Origin: Abditibacteriaceae bacterium
GTDB lineage: Bacteria; Armatimonadota; Abditibacteriia; Abditibacteriales; Abditibacteriaceae
DNA: 64,000 nt
Direction: 5' to 3'
Assembly: GCA_036388675.1 (NCBI GenBank)
Contig: DASVRI010000028.1
Coordinates: forward strand, 15,944 to 79,943
The notes beneath the pieces were generated by a model. It searched no databases. It worked only from the letters and a program-made list of their open reading frames with translations, and was not told the DNA's origin. The position numbers and the translations under genes are program-made. This document shows, in pieces, positions 56,184-64,000 of this stretch; within the stretch, counting starts at the first letter, position 1, and every line of letters begins with the position of its first letter.

Positions 56184-58088
56184 TTAACCGGTTGCAAATG
56201 CCTGCTTGCTAATAACACCTTTGTCTTCGTCCACCTCAACGACTTGACCGGCTGTCACATCCTGCAGCTTCGTTACTTTGCCCGATGGCCAGCGGAGGGT
56301 AATCTCATCAATTTTGTTAGCCTTGCCCAAGCCCAGGGTAATGGGTAACTCGCTCTGTGAGAGATAAGATGAGCCGCTGCGAATCATACGATGCAGTGTG
56401 TCAGTGCCGACTCTAGCCACGACCTGCGTTCCAATCGCACTCTTGTTGCTCCTGGTGCCCTGAAGCACAAGGCGGAGGGAGTTGTTGCCATTACCGCCGT
56501 TGTTTTGCAGCAGAAGTGGCGCTCCGCCGTTCACGGTGACAATGGCGTCTAAATCACCATCCAGGTCGATGTCACTATAAGCAAGGCCACGTCCTACGAT
56601 CTTCTTTTTCAAAGCGACTCCGCTCTGCTCAGCAATCTCACGAAAATTGCTTCGGCCTTCATTGTGGAATAACAGGAGTCGCTGGGCATAACCGACGCGA
56701 GGGTTTTGGGAGCCGAGAGTTTTATCCACATGGCCATTGGCCACAAGGATATCAGGCCAACTGTCGTTATCAACGTCCATAAATGCACAGCCGAAACTCA
56801 GGTAGTTATTGCTGACCCGTCCCACTTGGGAGCGTAACGCAATATCGGTGAATTGACCATTGCCCTCATCATGATAGAGGCCCAGCATCTGGCCCGAATA
56901 ATTACCAATAACCACACTTTCATGGCCGGAGTGATCAATGTCGGCGACATCAATGCCCATGCCCGATCGTACTTGACCAAATGATGAGCGGGAAATTCCT
57001 GCGATTGAAGCAATTTCGCTGAAGGTGCCATTTCGGTTGTTCTTAAAAAGATGATTGAAGAACATGTCATTGGCAACGATTATATCGGGCCAGTTGTCGT
57101 TATTGAAGTCGCACAGTGCCACTCCTAAGCCCCTGCTCACTAAGCTGTCCCCACTCATGCCTAGGCCGTTGCTCCCCGGCCTCTTCGCTTCTGTAGTACT
57201 CCGGGCTTTGGGCTGGATACCCGCCTCAATTGACACGTCAGCGAAACGTCCCTGCCCTAAGTTACGGAAAAGACGGCTCCGCTTACCGGCATATGCGTTG
57301 GGGCTGCTATAAAGTTTTGTGCGGTTGCCCATGACCTGAAATACATCGGAGGCGGGCGTCCAATCTAAATAGTGACAAACAAAAAGATCAAGAGAACCGT
57401 CCCTGTCATAATCGACCCACGCTGCGCTTGTGCTCCAGCCGGAATCGAGTACTCCCGCTTGCTCTGCGACTTCGTGAAACCGGCCATTGCCCACGTTACG
57501 GAACAGGTAGTTTCGTTTCAGGGCTGTGACATAGAGGTCGGGGCGACCGTCATGATCGTAGTCGCCCACCGCGACGCCCATGCCATACATCTCAACTTCA
57601 AGGCCGGATCCCCGAGTCATGTCGCTGAAAGTGCCATTCTTGTTATTGCGATAAAGGGCAGCTATGCTGCGCTGCCCTTGCCTGGGGCGTGGAGCATGCC
57701 TGCCGACAGCAGTCATCGCCTCGGCTCCTTTACGGCTCCCGGCAATCTCACGCTCCGAACTCGTCCACGGCCTGTTGCGAAACGCCTTCACTTCATTCAC
57801 AGTCCAGTCGCGACTATTTACAAGAAAGATGTCCTGGTAACCGTCACCATTGTAGTCAATAAAGGCGACGCCGCTGCCCATGGTCTCCGGCAACAGCATG
57901 CCGCCATAAGCCCCGTTGTTGTGATTAAAGTGAAGACCGGCACGGGCGGTGATGTCGTTGAAGTGGACTGGGATGGATAGCGGTGCTGCCCGACGCGTTT
58001 CAGGTGGTATGGCATCTTGTGGTTTGAAGGCACAGCCTTCGGTGAGCACGGCGAGAACAACAAGGACAATGAGCAAGCCTGCTTTCAT
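56184..58088 (-). CDS. CRTAC1-family lipoprotein (FG-GAP/VCBS repeats plus ASPIC/UnbV domain)
   Basis: Start chosen at MKAGLLIVLVVLAVLTEGC (lipobox). Repeated DYNGDGYQDIF, DYDHDGRPDLY, DYDRDGSLDLF, DFNNDNWPDII and DVDNDSWPDIL. C-terminal UnbV-like region reads SNKSAIGTQV...GSSYLSQSELPITLGLG. Confidence 0.8.
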   Translation of the reverse strand: MKAGLLIVLVVLAVLTEGCAFKPQDAIPPETRRAAPLSIPVHFNDITARAGLHFNHNNGAYGGMLLPETMGSGVAFIDYNGDGYQDIFLVNSRDWTVNEVKAFRNRPWTSSEREIAGSRKGAEAMTAVGRHAPRPRQGQRSIAALYRNNKNGTFSDMTRGSGLEVEMYGMGVAVGDYDHDGRPDLYVTALKRNYLFRNVGNGRFHEVAEQAGVLDSGWSTSAAWVDYDRDGSLDLFVCHYLDWTPASDVFQVMGNRTKLYSSPNAYAGKRSRLFRNLGQGRFADVSIEAGIQPKARSTTEAKRPGSNGLGMSGDSLVSRGLGVALCDFNNDNWPDIIVANDMFFNHLFKNNRNGTFSEIASIAGISRSSFGQVRSGMGIDVADIDHSGHESVVIGNYSGQMLGLYHDEGNGQFTDIALRSQVGRVSNNYLSFGCAFMDVDNDSWPDILVANGHVDKTLGSQNPRVGYAQRLLLFHNEGRSNFREIAEQSGVALKKKIVGRGLAYSDIDLDGDLDAIVTVNGGAPLLLQNNGGNGNNSLRLVLQGTRSNKSAIGTQVVARVGTDTLHRMIRSGSSYLSQSELPITLGLGKANKIDEITLRWPSGKVTKLQDVTAGQVVEVDEDKGVISKQAFATG

Positions 58089-58342
58089 AGCGCATCCATT
58101 GTAACTATCTGCCGTGCCTACATTGCCTAAGATAGTCTCACTTAACTGGCATGCGGCGTGCCGCTGCCGACCCTGGCCACCAACTGGCTGCTGACAGCAG
58201 TTGGTGCTATTGCGACCCAAGAACAGAGGAGGCACAGATCACCTTCCTCTTCAGATTTCAATGCCAGCCAGTGATGTACTCGCACTGGCCGGCATTGAAG
58301 ATGGTCAACAAAACGCTAAGTTATACCGTCGGACTGTTTTGT

Positions 58343-58597
58343 TCACTGTGGTGGAAATCGCCTTTGCATTGCACCCGGAGGCATTGGTGGTGCCTTAAAT
58401 CCCGCCGGCGGTGGTGCCATCTGGTTCTGTTGTGCAGCGCCCCCAACGGCTGGTTGAGTATTCTGCATATTGCCCGCGTTTGGCTGTGTCTGTGTCGGTG
58501 GCTGTGTCTGGTCTGAACTCTGTGAGCCGCCGCAACCTGTTACTGCCGTTATCACAATGGCAGGCACAGCCAAGAACGCGATCTGTCTCCAGTTCAT
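58343..58597 (-). CDS. Small Q/P-rich lipoprotein (84 aa)
   Basis: Signal peptide with the lipobox AVTGC. The remainder is low-complexity Q/P/T. Confidence 0.5.
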   Translation of the reverse strand: MNWRQIAFLAVPAIVITAVTGCGGSQSSDQTQPPTQTQPNAGNMQNTQPAVGGAAQQNQMAPPPAGFKAPPMPPGAMQRRFPPQ

Positions 58598-58668
58598 GAA
58601 TCTCCTCCCGATTGCAGGAAGAGGCCACGTTTATCGCCTCTTCCTGTGTTGTCCACTGATACTTACGC

Positions 58669-59418
58669 TCAGGTCGGCATGTCCACCGCAGTCCAAATCC
58701 AGGTGCCGACATTGGAGTCACCGTTCGGATGGCCGTTTAATTTAGGCAACGATCCCTTTTTCATCACTGAACTTTTAACATGGCCATCTGCATAGAGGAT
58801 GTTGGTGGTACCAAGATGGCGTCCGCCTGTGCCAATCGGCACGTCGCCCTCGTAGAAGGCTTTACCCATCTCTGTCGACCAGTTATCAGTGCTCTGAGAC
58901 TCTGCACACCAGCCCCATCGGTCGACTAACGTGGGGTCCACAGGGCACGCTGATCTTTCTCCCAACATAACAGTCAAAGTAGGTGCCTGGATCCGGGCCA
59001 GAGCAACACCCGGTCCCGACCATCCATCCCACGCCACATCCCACATATAGCGGGAGATGGAGTAAGAACGCTTCATCGCACCAAAACCGGGTAAGTTCAT
59101 AGTAGGCGAAGTCGTGTCACTGGGGCACACAAGGATCTGCATACTCTTGAGGTAAGGCTGAGTGGTTAAATCCCACGAGGAGGGCAAGTTGCCGGGGAGA
59201 GCGTATGTATAGGACGGGACAGGCATTCTTTCATCGTAATCCTGGGTGTACTGCATGATGGCCAGACCAAGTTGCTTCAGGTTGCTCTGGCACGAAGCAC
59301 GGCGCGCGTTCTCTCGGGCGCGCGCAAATACGGGAAACAGAATCGCCGCCAATATAGCTATGATGGCTATAACCACAAGTAATTCGATAAGGGTGAAGCC
59401 GCGTGTAATATGGCTCAT
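58669..59418 (-). CDS. Prepilin-type N-terminal cleavage/methylation-domain protein, DUF1559 / H-X9-DG class pseudopilin-like
   Basis: N-terminus [66 protein letters not shown] is an exact H-X9-DG. 249 aa from the ATG at 59418, the same length as 14863-15612. Confidence 0.85.
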   Translation of the reverse strand: MSHITRGFTLIELLVVIAIIAILAAILFPVFARARENARRASCQSNLKQLGLAIMQYTQDYDERMPVPSYTYALPGNLPSSWDLTTQPYLKSMQILVCPSDTTSPTMNLPGFGAMKRSYSISRYMWDVAWDGWSGPGVALARIQAPTLTVMLGERSACPVDPTLVDRWGWCAESQSTDNWSTEMGKAFYEGDVPIGTGGRHLGTTNILYADGHVKSSVMKKGSLPKLNGHPNGDSNVGTWIWTAVDMPT

Positions 59419-59587
59419 TCCTCTCAAGTTCTTCCGGCAACTCACTGGAGTCGCCGATGGCTGACAGTGCGAACGGTTCAAGCGAATCTTCATGATGCAC
59501 ATCTCCCTGATACTGATACTTACACCTCACATGAGGTTTGGATCTTTTGGCTAAGTCCTGCAAATCGCTAAACAAAGGTTGGTGGTT

Positions 59588-60601
59588 TCAAGTGGTGTCA
59601 CCTACCACGAGTTCAACCGGCAAAATCGTTTCCTGGGCAACCTCCTTTTCTTCACACTGCGCCACCAACAGTTTTACCGCAGTGCGAGTTACCTCCAGCC
59701 ACGGTGCTTGAATGGTCGTGAGTTGTAACGCGGGCCGATGCTTGGGAGACAAGCCGTCAAAACCCACTATTGCGACATCGTTGGGCACACCCAAACCTTG
59801 TTGAAGACAAAACCTGGTAATGCCATCTGCAGAAGCATCACTCCAACACGCCACGGCATCGGGGCGCTGCCCTTTGCCCGATAGTAAAATCTTCTGCTCT
59901 TCATGGCTAGGAAACGGCTCGTTACAGCGTGAATGCAGAAGGGTGAGCCCCAGCGCATTGGCCTCATCGTAAAAGGCTTGAGCACGCTCCTGGAGTGTTG
60001 GAGGCATGACCTTCTCAGTGCATCGATAAAGAACTCTCTGGTAGCCTTTTTCGGCAAGATGCCGCACCAGAAGTCTGCTGCCATTGACTTCATCAATGCC
60101 GATAAAGGGCACTCCGGGAATTTTCTCAGCTACGGTAACGATGGGCAGGTGCGACTCGACAATGCGATCAATTAAGGGCGTAATGCTTCTCGCGCAGAGC
60201 ACCAGACCGTCAATTTGCCCATTGAGCAAGCCCAAAAAAATATCCTCGTCACTTTGACCGTGAAAGTGGCCATGGATGAGTAGATCCTTCTGTTGCTCTT
60301 CACAACCGGCCAACATTCCGGCTACAATGGCGGCAAAGAACGGATCGCGTAAATCTAAATTAGTCTCATCATAGAACGAAATGACATTGGTGCGCTTTTT
60401 TCGCAGTGAGCGCGCTACGACATTTGGCCTGTAATGCAATGAGGCAGCGGTGTCTAAAATCCGCTTGCGTGTCGTCGGCGATACCCGCGTTTGACTGTTT
60501 GAGCCATTCAATACAACGGAAGCGGCAGGGATACTCACTCCCGCGTGAGCGGCAACATGAGCTAATGTTGCCGCTCCCTGACGCCGGGAACGAGTACTCA
60601 T
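59588..60601 (-). CDS. LacI-family transcriptional regulator
   Basis: N-terminal HTH reads ATLAHVAAHAGVSIPAASVVLNGS. The rest is a periplasmic-binding-protein-like sugar domain. Start chosen at MSTRSRRQG. Confidence 0.85.
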   Translation of the reverse strand: MSTRSRRQGAATLAHVAAHAGVSIPAASVVLNGSNSQTRVSPTTRKRILDTAASLHYRPNVVARSLRKKRTNVISFYDETNLDLRDPFFAAIVAGMLAGCEEQQKDLLIHGHFHGQSDEDIFLGLLNGQIDGLVLCARSITPLIDRIVESHLPIVTVAEKIPGVPFIGIDEVNGSRLLVRHLAEKGYQRVLYRCTEKVMPPTLQERAQAFYDEANALGLTLLHSRCNEPFPSHEEQKILLSGKGQRPDAVACWSDASADGITRFCLQQGLGVPNDVAIVGFDGLSPKHRPALQLTTIQAPWLEVTRTAVKLLVAQCEEKEVAQETILPVELVVGDTT

Positions 60602-61066
60602 CTTTAATCCCTTGCTGTTTACCATGACCGCGTCATCACATCGATTCAACTTATTAAGCAGATAATTAAGGCGTAAATGCCAGGTTCAACAAACATCTGC
60701 TATTTATTTGATTAAAGGATTGGTCAATTCTACTCTAGAGTATGACCACTTTTTTGAAAGTTTAAACAAAGATATAAATAAAAGCTGAAAATTTCTCAAA
60801 ATGCGTAAGAGGCTTGACCTGTGCCCAACTTAATCGTGCTAGCCATTTAGCGTTCATCACCCGCCGTAACCAGTGTGCTCATCGAACGTTCAGATCCTTT
60901 TCGGCTATTGTGCGAAAATGAATTGCCCGACAGGCATGGCCTTAAACAAGCCCACTGGGTTAACCGCGACAACACTTATTCGGCCAGTTGCTTGTCGCCC
61001 TGGTTCTCTGGCGTGAGCAAGCGAGTACTCGCAAGCGGGCGGAGCACTCGACGAGCGCCTCTGTCC

Positions 61067-62386
61067 TTACGCGTTTGTCGATTCGAAATGAAGATCGGAG
61101 AAATTTAGAAATTGCTCCCAGTCGTAAGCGGTGACATCGTGCTGGCCGCGACGAATGTGGTAACCAATCGTCCCCATGACCGGCTGCTCCAGCGGCGGCA
61201 TGGTTGTGGTATTCAGGCCATCAGTGCCCAGCAGTTTGTACACGGCATGGGCGTGCAGAGCGGACAGAAATTCACCGCGCGGGTCGGCCCACAAATCGTC
61301 TTCGGCACTGGCGATATAAATGGGACGAGGTGCAATCAGCGCGATGAGTTGGTGCTGATCGATCGGCAATTGGTCTTCCTTGCCGTTATATTTTTTGAAG
61401 TTGCCGTTGAACCAGTGCGGAAAACTGCTGTTGATTCTGGCCACTGTTTCCCCGAAACGCCGGCGCGATAAAGCCGCCCCACCACAACCGGAATTATTCG
61501 AAATCACAAGAGCAAACCGCTCATCATGGGCACCGGCCCAGAGCGCGGCCTTACCCAGACGTGAATGTCCCATTACGGCGATACGCTTCACATCAATGTC
61601 GGCGTCGGTTTCAAAGTAATCCAGAGAGCGGCTCAGACCCCATGACCACGCCGCGATGCTGCCCCACTCGTTGGCTTCGGGCTTGCTTTGACCCACGCGG
61701 TAGAACAAGGGCTGCACACCATTTTGAAAGCCATCGTCGAAGTCGGGGTCGAGGTCGCCGTAATAGGCCGTTGCGACAGCATAGCCTCGCTCCAGGATGC
61801 GTTCTACGGGCCAGCGAGCGGCCTGCACACCGCGCAAAGCTTCGGTCGCTTTGTTTTGCGTGATACCCCACTGCTCATTGTTGTCCACCCACGATTGTGT
61901 GAGCGCGATGGCGGGATCGGAATGAATGGTGTGATTACCGTGAAAGTTTAGCCCCATGACAAGTGGCGCCGGTTGCCTGCGGTCGTTGGGCAAATAGATG
62001 AGCAGATCTATCTTCGGCCCTTCCGGGCTGGTTGTGAAGTGAATTGTAATCTGCTTGCGTGTTGCCGTGCCGTTCAGCGCATTCTTTTCGACCGAAACTG
62101 TTTCGAAGCGCAGTCCCGTGGGCCGGCCCGGCATGGTGCCGTAAACATGCTCTTCAAACAGCCGCAGGATCTCGGCACGCCGCTGTTGCCACCACACTGG
62201 TTCATCGCTTACCGGCGTGCCGTCTGCGCACGTCAATGCGTCAGGAAGCGAGTACTCGGGGACTTCGGCTTCGTCGTAAATCGGTTCCGCCACCTGTGCA
62301 CCGACCGGCATAACGCACAAAGCAACCGCCACCACTATCAGGACAAGCAGCGAGGGTGACAGCAGCATCTCACTTAACGTGTTCAT
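61067..62386 (-). CDS. Secreted carbohydrate esterase, CE15-like (glucuronoyl esterase type)
   Basis: Signal peptide present. Contains [75 protein letters not shown]. Family assignment is from memory. Confidence 0.65.
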   Translation of the reverse strand: MNTLSEMLLSPSLLVLIVVAVALCVMPVGAQVAEPIYDEAEVPEYSLPDALTCADGTPVSDEPVWWQQRRAEILRLFEEHVYGTMPGRPTGLRFETVSVEKNALNGTATRKQITIHFTTSPEGPKIDLLIYLPNDRRQPAPLVMGLNFHGNHTIHSDPAIALTQSWVDNNEQWGITQNKATEALRGVQAARWPVERILERGYAVATAYYGDLDPDFDDGFQNGVQPLFYRVGQSKPEANEWGSIAAWSWGLSRSLDYFETDADIDVKRIAVMGHSRLGKAALWAGAHDERFALVISNNSGCGGAALSRRRFGETVARINSSFPHWFNGNFKKYNGKEDQLPIDQHQLIALIAPRPIYIASAEDDLWADPRGEFLSALHAHAVYKLLGTDGLNTTTMPPLEQPVMGTIGYHIRRGQHDVTAYDWEQFLNFSDLHFESTNA

Positions 62387-62571
62387 TGTGTTTCCGCCTT
62401 TTCCACCCGGCAAGACCGCGCATCGGACATATGCCGACAAAGGCAAGTATGAGATTCCTTGAATAAGAAACGCTCCACGAGCGCTGCGCGACATGAACTT
62501 GCAAAGAGCGCGAAGCATTTCACAACCGCAGCCGCGAGATGCTTGATAGAGAAGCGTTGACGAGTACTCAA

Positions 62572-63420
62572 TTAGTCGGTTTTGATGCGCTCCACCAGTT
62601 TCACGAGACGCTGCCCATATTCGACATAGGTGTTAAATGCCGCGTCTTCGTTGCTGATTTCTTTACCTTCATGCACCACAGATTGCATGTGCGGCTCAAT
62701 GGAAATAAAGCCGTTGTAGCCGGTTGCAAACACATCACGTAGGGTTTCCTCAACCTTGCTGGCACCGCTATCGGGGAAAACGTGGCTACCTTTTTCGCCG
62801 TTCTGCGCTTCCGTGTGCGCCTTGATGTGAATGTAGGCGATGTGCGGTTTGGCAGCTTGGTACCATTCCCATGTGTTGCCCTCGCCGTGTGATGCCGGGT
62901 TTCCCGTATCGTAAACAGCCTTGACCGCAGGGGAATTCACCATCTCAAAAAAGCGTCCGTAATTCTGCGCCGAAGAGCTGGCATAACCATCACAGTTCTC
63001 AACCATCAAGACAATGCCACCATCTTCCGCCATCTTAGCGAGTTCTTTGAACCGGCGCACGGCTTCATCGCGCCACTGATCGTCGGCTAGCCCATCATTC
63101 GGGTAGCTCATAACACGGATGAACTTTGTGTTCAACTTCTGCATACGCCGGATCGCGCGTTGCAACGTGTCTGTCGATTGATCGAAAGGATCGGTGATTT
63201 TCGTGGCCCAGTTGGCGATACCCGAAGCAAAGGCCGACACTTCGATGTTCGCTTCCGCCAGTTGGCTACAAACCTGATCGAACTTTTCATCCGATACATC
63301 GGTGAACTGCGTGCCGTCCACATTGCGCACTTCGATGTAGTTCCAGCCCAGCGTCTTGTGCGCGCGAATTTGTGTCGCTAAGTCCTTGCCTGCCTCATCT
63401 GCGATTCCGGAGAAATTCAT
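62572..63420 (-). CDS. Sugar phosphate isomerase/epimerase (xylose isomerase-like TIM barrel)
   Basis: [11 protein letters not shown] is a typical family N-terminus. GAGGA RBS lies 5 nt upstream of the ATG at 63420. The track ORF starts at 63450. Confidence 0.75.
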   Translation of the reverse strand: MNFSGIADEAGKDLATQIRAHKTLGWNYIEVRNVDGTQFTDVSDEKFDQVCSQLAEANIEVSAFASGIANWATKITDPFDQSTDTLQRAIRRMQKLNTKFIRVMSYPNDGLADDQWRDEAVRRFKELAKMAEDGGIVLMVENCDGYASSSAQNYGRFFEMVNSPAVKAVYDTGNPASHGEGNTWEWYQAAKPHIAYIHIKAHTEAQNGEKGSHVFPDSGASKVEETLRDVFATGYNGFISIEPHMQSVVHEGKEISNEDAAFNTYVEYGQRLVKLVERIKTD

Positions 63421-63461
63421 GCTATCCTCGATTTGTTGTGGTGTCTGCAATTCTTTATAGC

Positions 63462-63493
63462 AAAAAACCCCACGGGATGCCGTGGGGTTTTTT
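63462..63493 (-). terminator. Intrinsic terminator downstream of rpsI
   Basis: AAAAAA-CCCCACGG-GATG-CCGTGGGG-TTTTTT, an 8-bp GC stem flanked by A and T runs (bidirectional). Confidence 0.75.
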
Positions 63494-63548
63494 GAAGGTC
63501 TTTAATTTGTTGGCGAGTACTCGCAGCAGGTTCCACGCACCCGAGCAA

Positions 63549-63941
63549 TTAACGCTTGGAGAACTGGAAGCCGCGACGAGCGCGCTTGTGGCCATACTTC
63601 TTGCGCTCTTTCACGCGGGGGTCGCGCGTCACGGCGCCGATTTCGCGCAGCGAGGGCTTGAGTTCTTCGTTGAACTCGATCAGCGCTTTGGCGATGCCGT
63701 GGCGAATCGCGCCGGCCTGGCCGGTGGAGCCGCCGCCGGTGGCCGTGGCCTTCACATCGAAGGTGGCGCCGACCGTGACTTTGTCGAACGGCTCGCGTGT
63801 CAACTGCTGCAGCGTGATGCGACCGAAGTATTCTTCGACCGGCTTGTTGTTAACCGTGATGGTGCCTGTGCCGCCTGGAATGAGCCACACGCGGGCGATG
63901 GCGTTCTTGCGCTTGCCGGTGCCGTAAAATGTATCTGCCAT
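63549..63941 (-). CDS. rpsI: 30S ribosomal protein S9
   Basis: Contains GTGKRKNAIARVWL, GGGSTGQAGAIRHGIAKAL and RDPRVKERKKYGHKRARRGFQFSKR. Confidence 0.95.
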   Translation of the reverse strand: MADTFYGTGKRKNAIARVWLIPGGTGTITVNNKPVEEYFGRITLQQLTREPFDKVTVGATFDVKATATGGGSTGQAGAIRHGIAKALIEFNEELKPSLREIGAVTRDPRVKERKKYGHKRARRGFQFSKR

Positions 63942-63950
63942 ATCGTCTGT

Positions 63951-64000
63951 TACTCCCCTGTTCCGTCAGCCGTGGCTGTTTCCAGCGTGGCCACATTCAA
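63951..64000 (-). CDS. rplM: 3' end of an upstream CDS, probably 50S ribosomal protein L13 (partial)
   Basis: The open frame ends ...LNVATLETATADGTGE* just 9 nt upstream of rpsI. The call rests on the conserved rplM-rpsI synteny only. Confidence 0.4.

Larger units (their letters stand above)
1290..63522. repeat. Dispersed iterated 8-bp palindrome GAGTACTC (32 exact copies; consensus YGAGTACTCR)
   Basis: Exact copies start at 1290, 3730, 4511, 8059, 14122, 18284, 19305, 21023, 24331, 26573, 28388, 30981, 31915, 35341, 38232, 39816, 40709, 43034, 45556, 45960, 47376, 48232, 50938, 52597, 54762, 55449, 57447, 60592, 61023, 62250, 62562, 63515. The count was made by eye and some may be missed. 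Confidence 0.9.

Noticed and set aside
59419-61066. GAGTACTC as the LacI operator of the sugar locus
   Set aside because: Two-thirds of the copies are inside coding regions, including genes unrelated to sugars (tRNA flank, rpsI flank, CDF, hydrolases). The 8-10-bp site is also shorter than typical 14-20-bp LacI-family operators. I found no convincing LacI-type palindrome by eye.

Overview
This is a 64-kb bacterial chromosomal window, roughly 55-58% GC by eye. Two pseudopilin-like genes (N-termini GFTLIELL...FPVF(S/A)[18 protein letters not shown]-termini ADGHVKS) suggest an Armatimonadota or PVC-type lineage; that is inference only.

Layout:
- 1-5.3 kb: a degraded phage-like or integrative remnant. 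It holds very small translationally coupled ORFs, Mu gpI-like and ParB-like fragments, a DUF4160/DUF2442 pair, an embedded tRNA-Arg(CCT), and a tRNA 3' fragment at the right edge.
- 5.3-17 kb: accessory DNA. It includes an orphan membrane protein, an SGNH hydrolase, a 1174-aa BNR/Ig-like protein with a Cys-rich tail, a 1.7-kb gene-poor stretch, a DUF1559 pseudopilin and an orphan secreted protein.
- 17-63.4 kb: a carbohydrate-utilisation region dominated by pectin side-chain and arabinan enzymes (GH127, GH-A/DUF5060, GH106-like, PL11, GH43 x2, GH29, GH51 x2, CE15). It also carries a galT / IMPase-like / GHMP-kinase operon, a LacI regulator, a second DUF1559 pseudopilin, a CRTAC1-like lipoprotein, and two paralogous ~690-aa polytopic membrane proteins of unknown function.
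- Right edge: rpsI and the end of a probable rplM.

Main signals:
- The 8-bp palindrome GAGTACTC occurs 32 times against about 1 expected. It appears in all reading frames, on both strands and in intergenic DNA, which resembles cyanobacterial HIP1. It is depleted in the 4.5-18.3 kb accessory segment.
- The glycan locus has no canonical sugar transporter, which makes the two paralogous membrane proteins candidate new glycan importers.
- Several small dispersed and tandem repeat families lie in intergenic DNA.

All calls come from reading the sequence and ORF translations. No database search was run.
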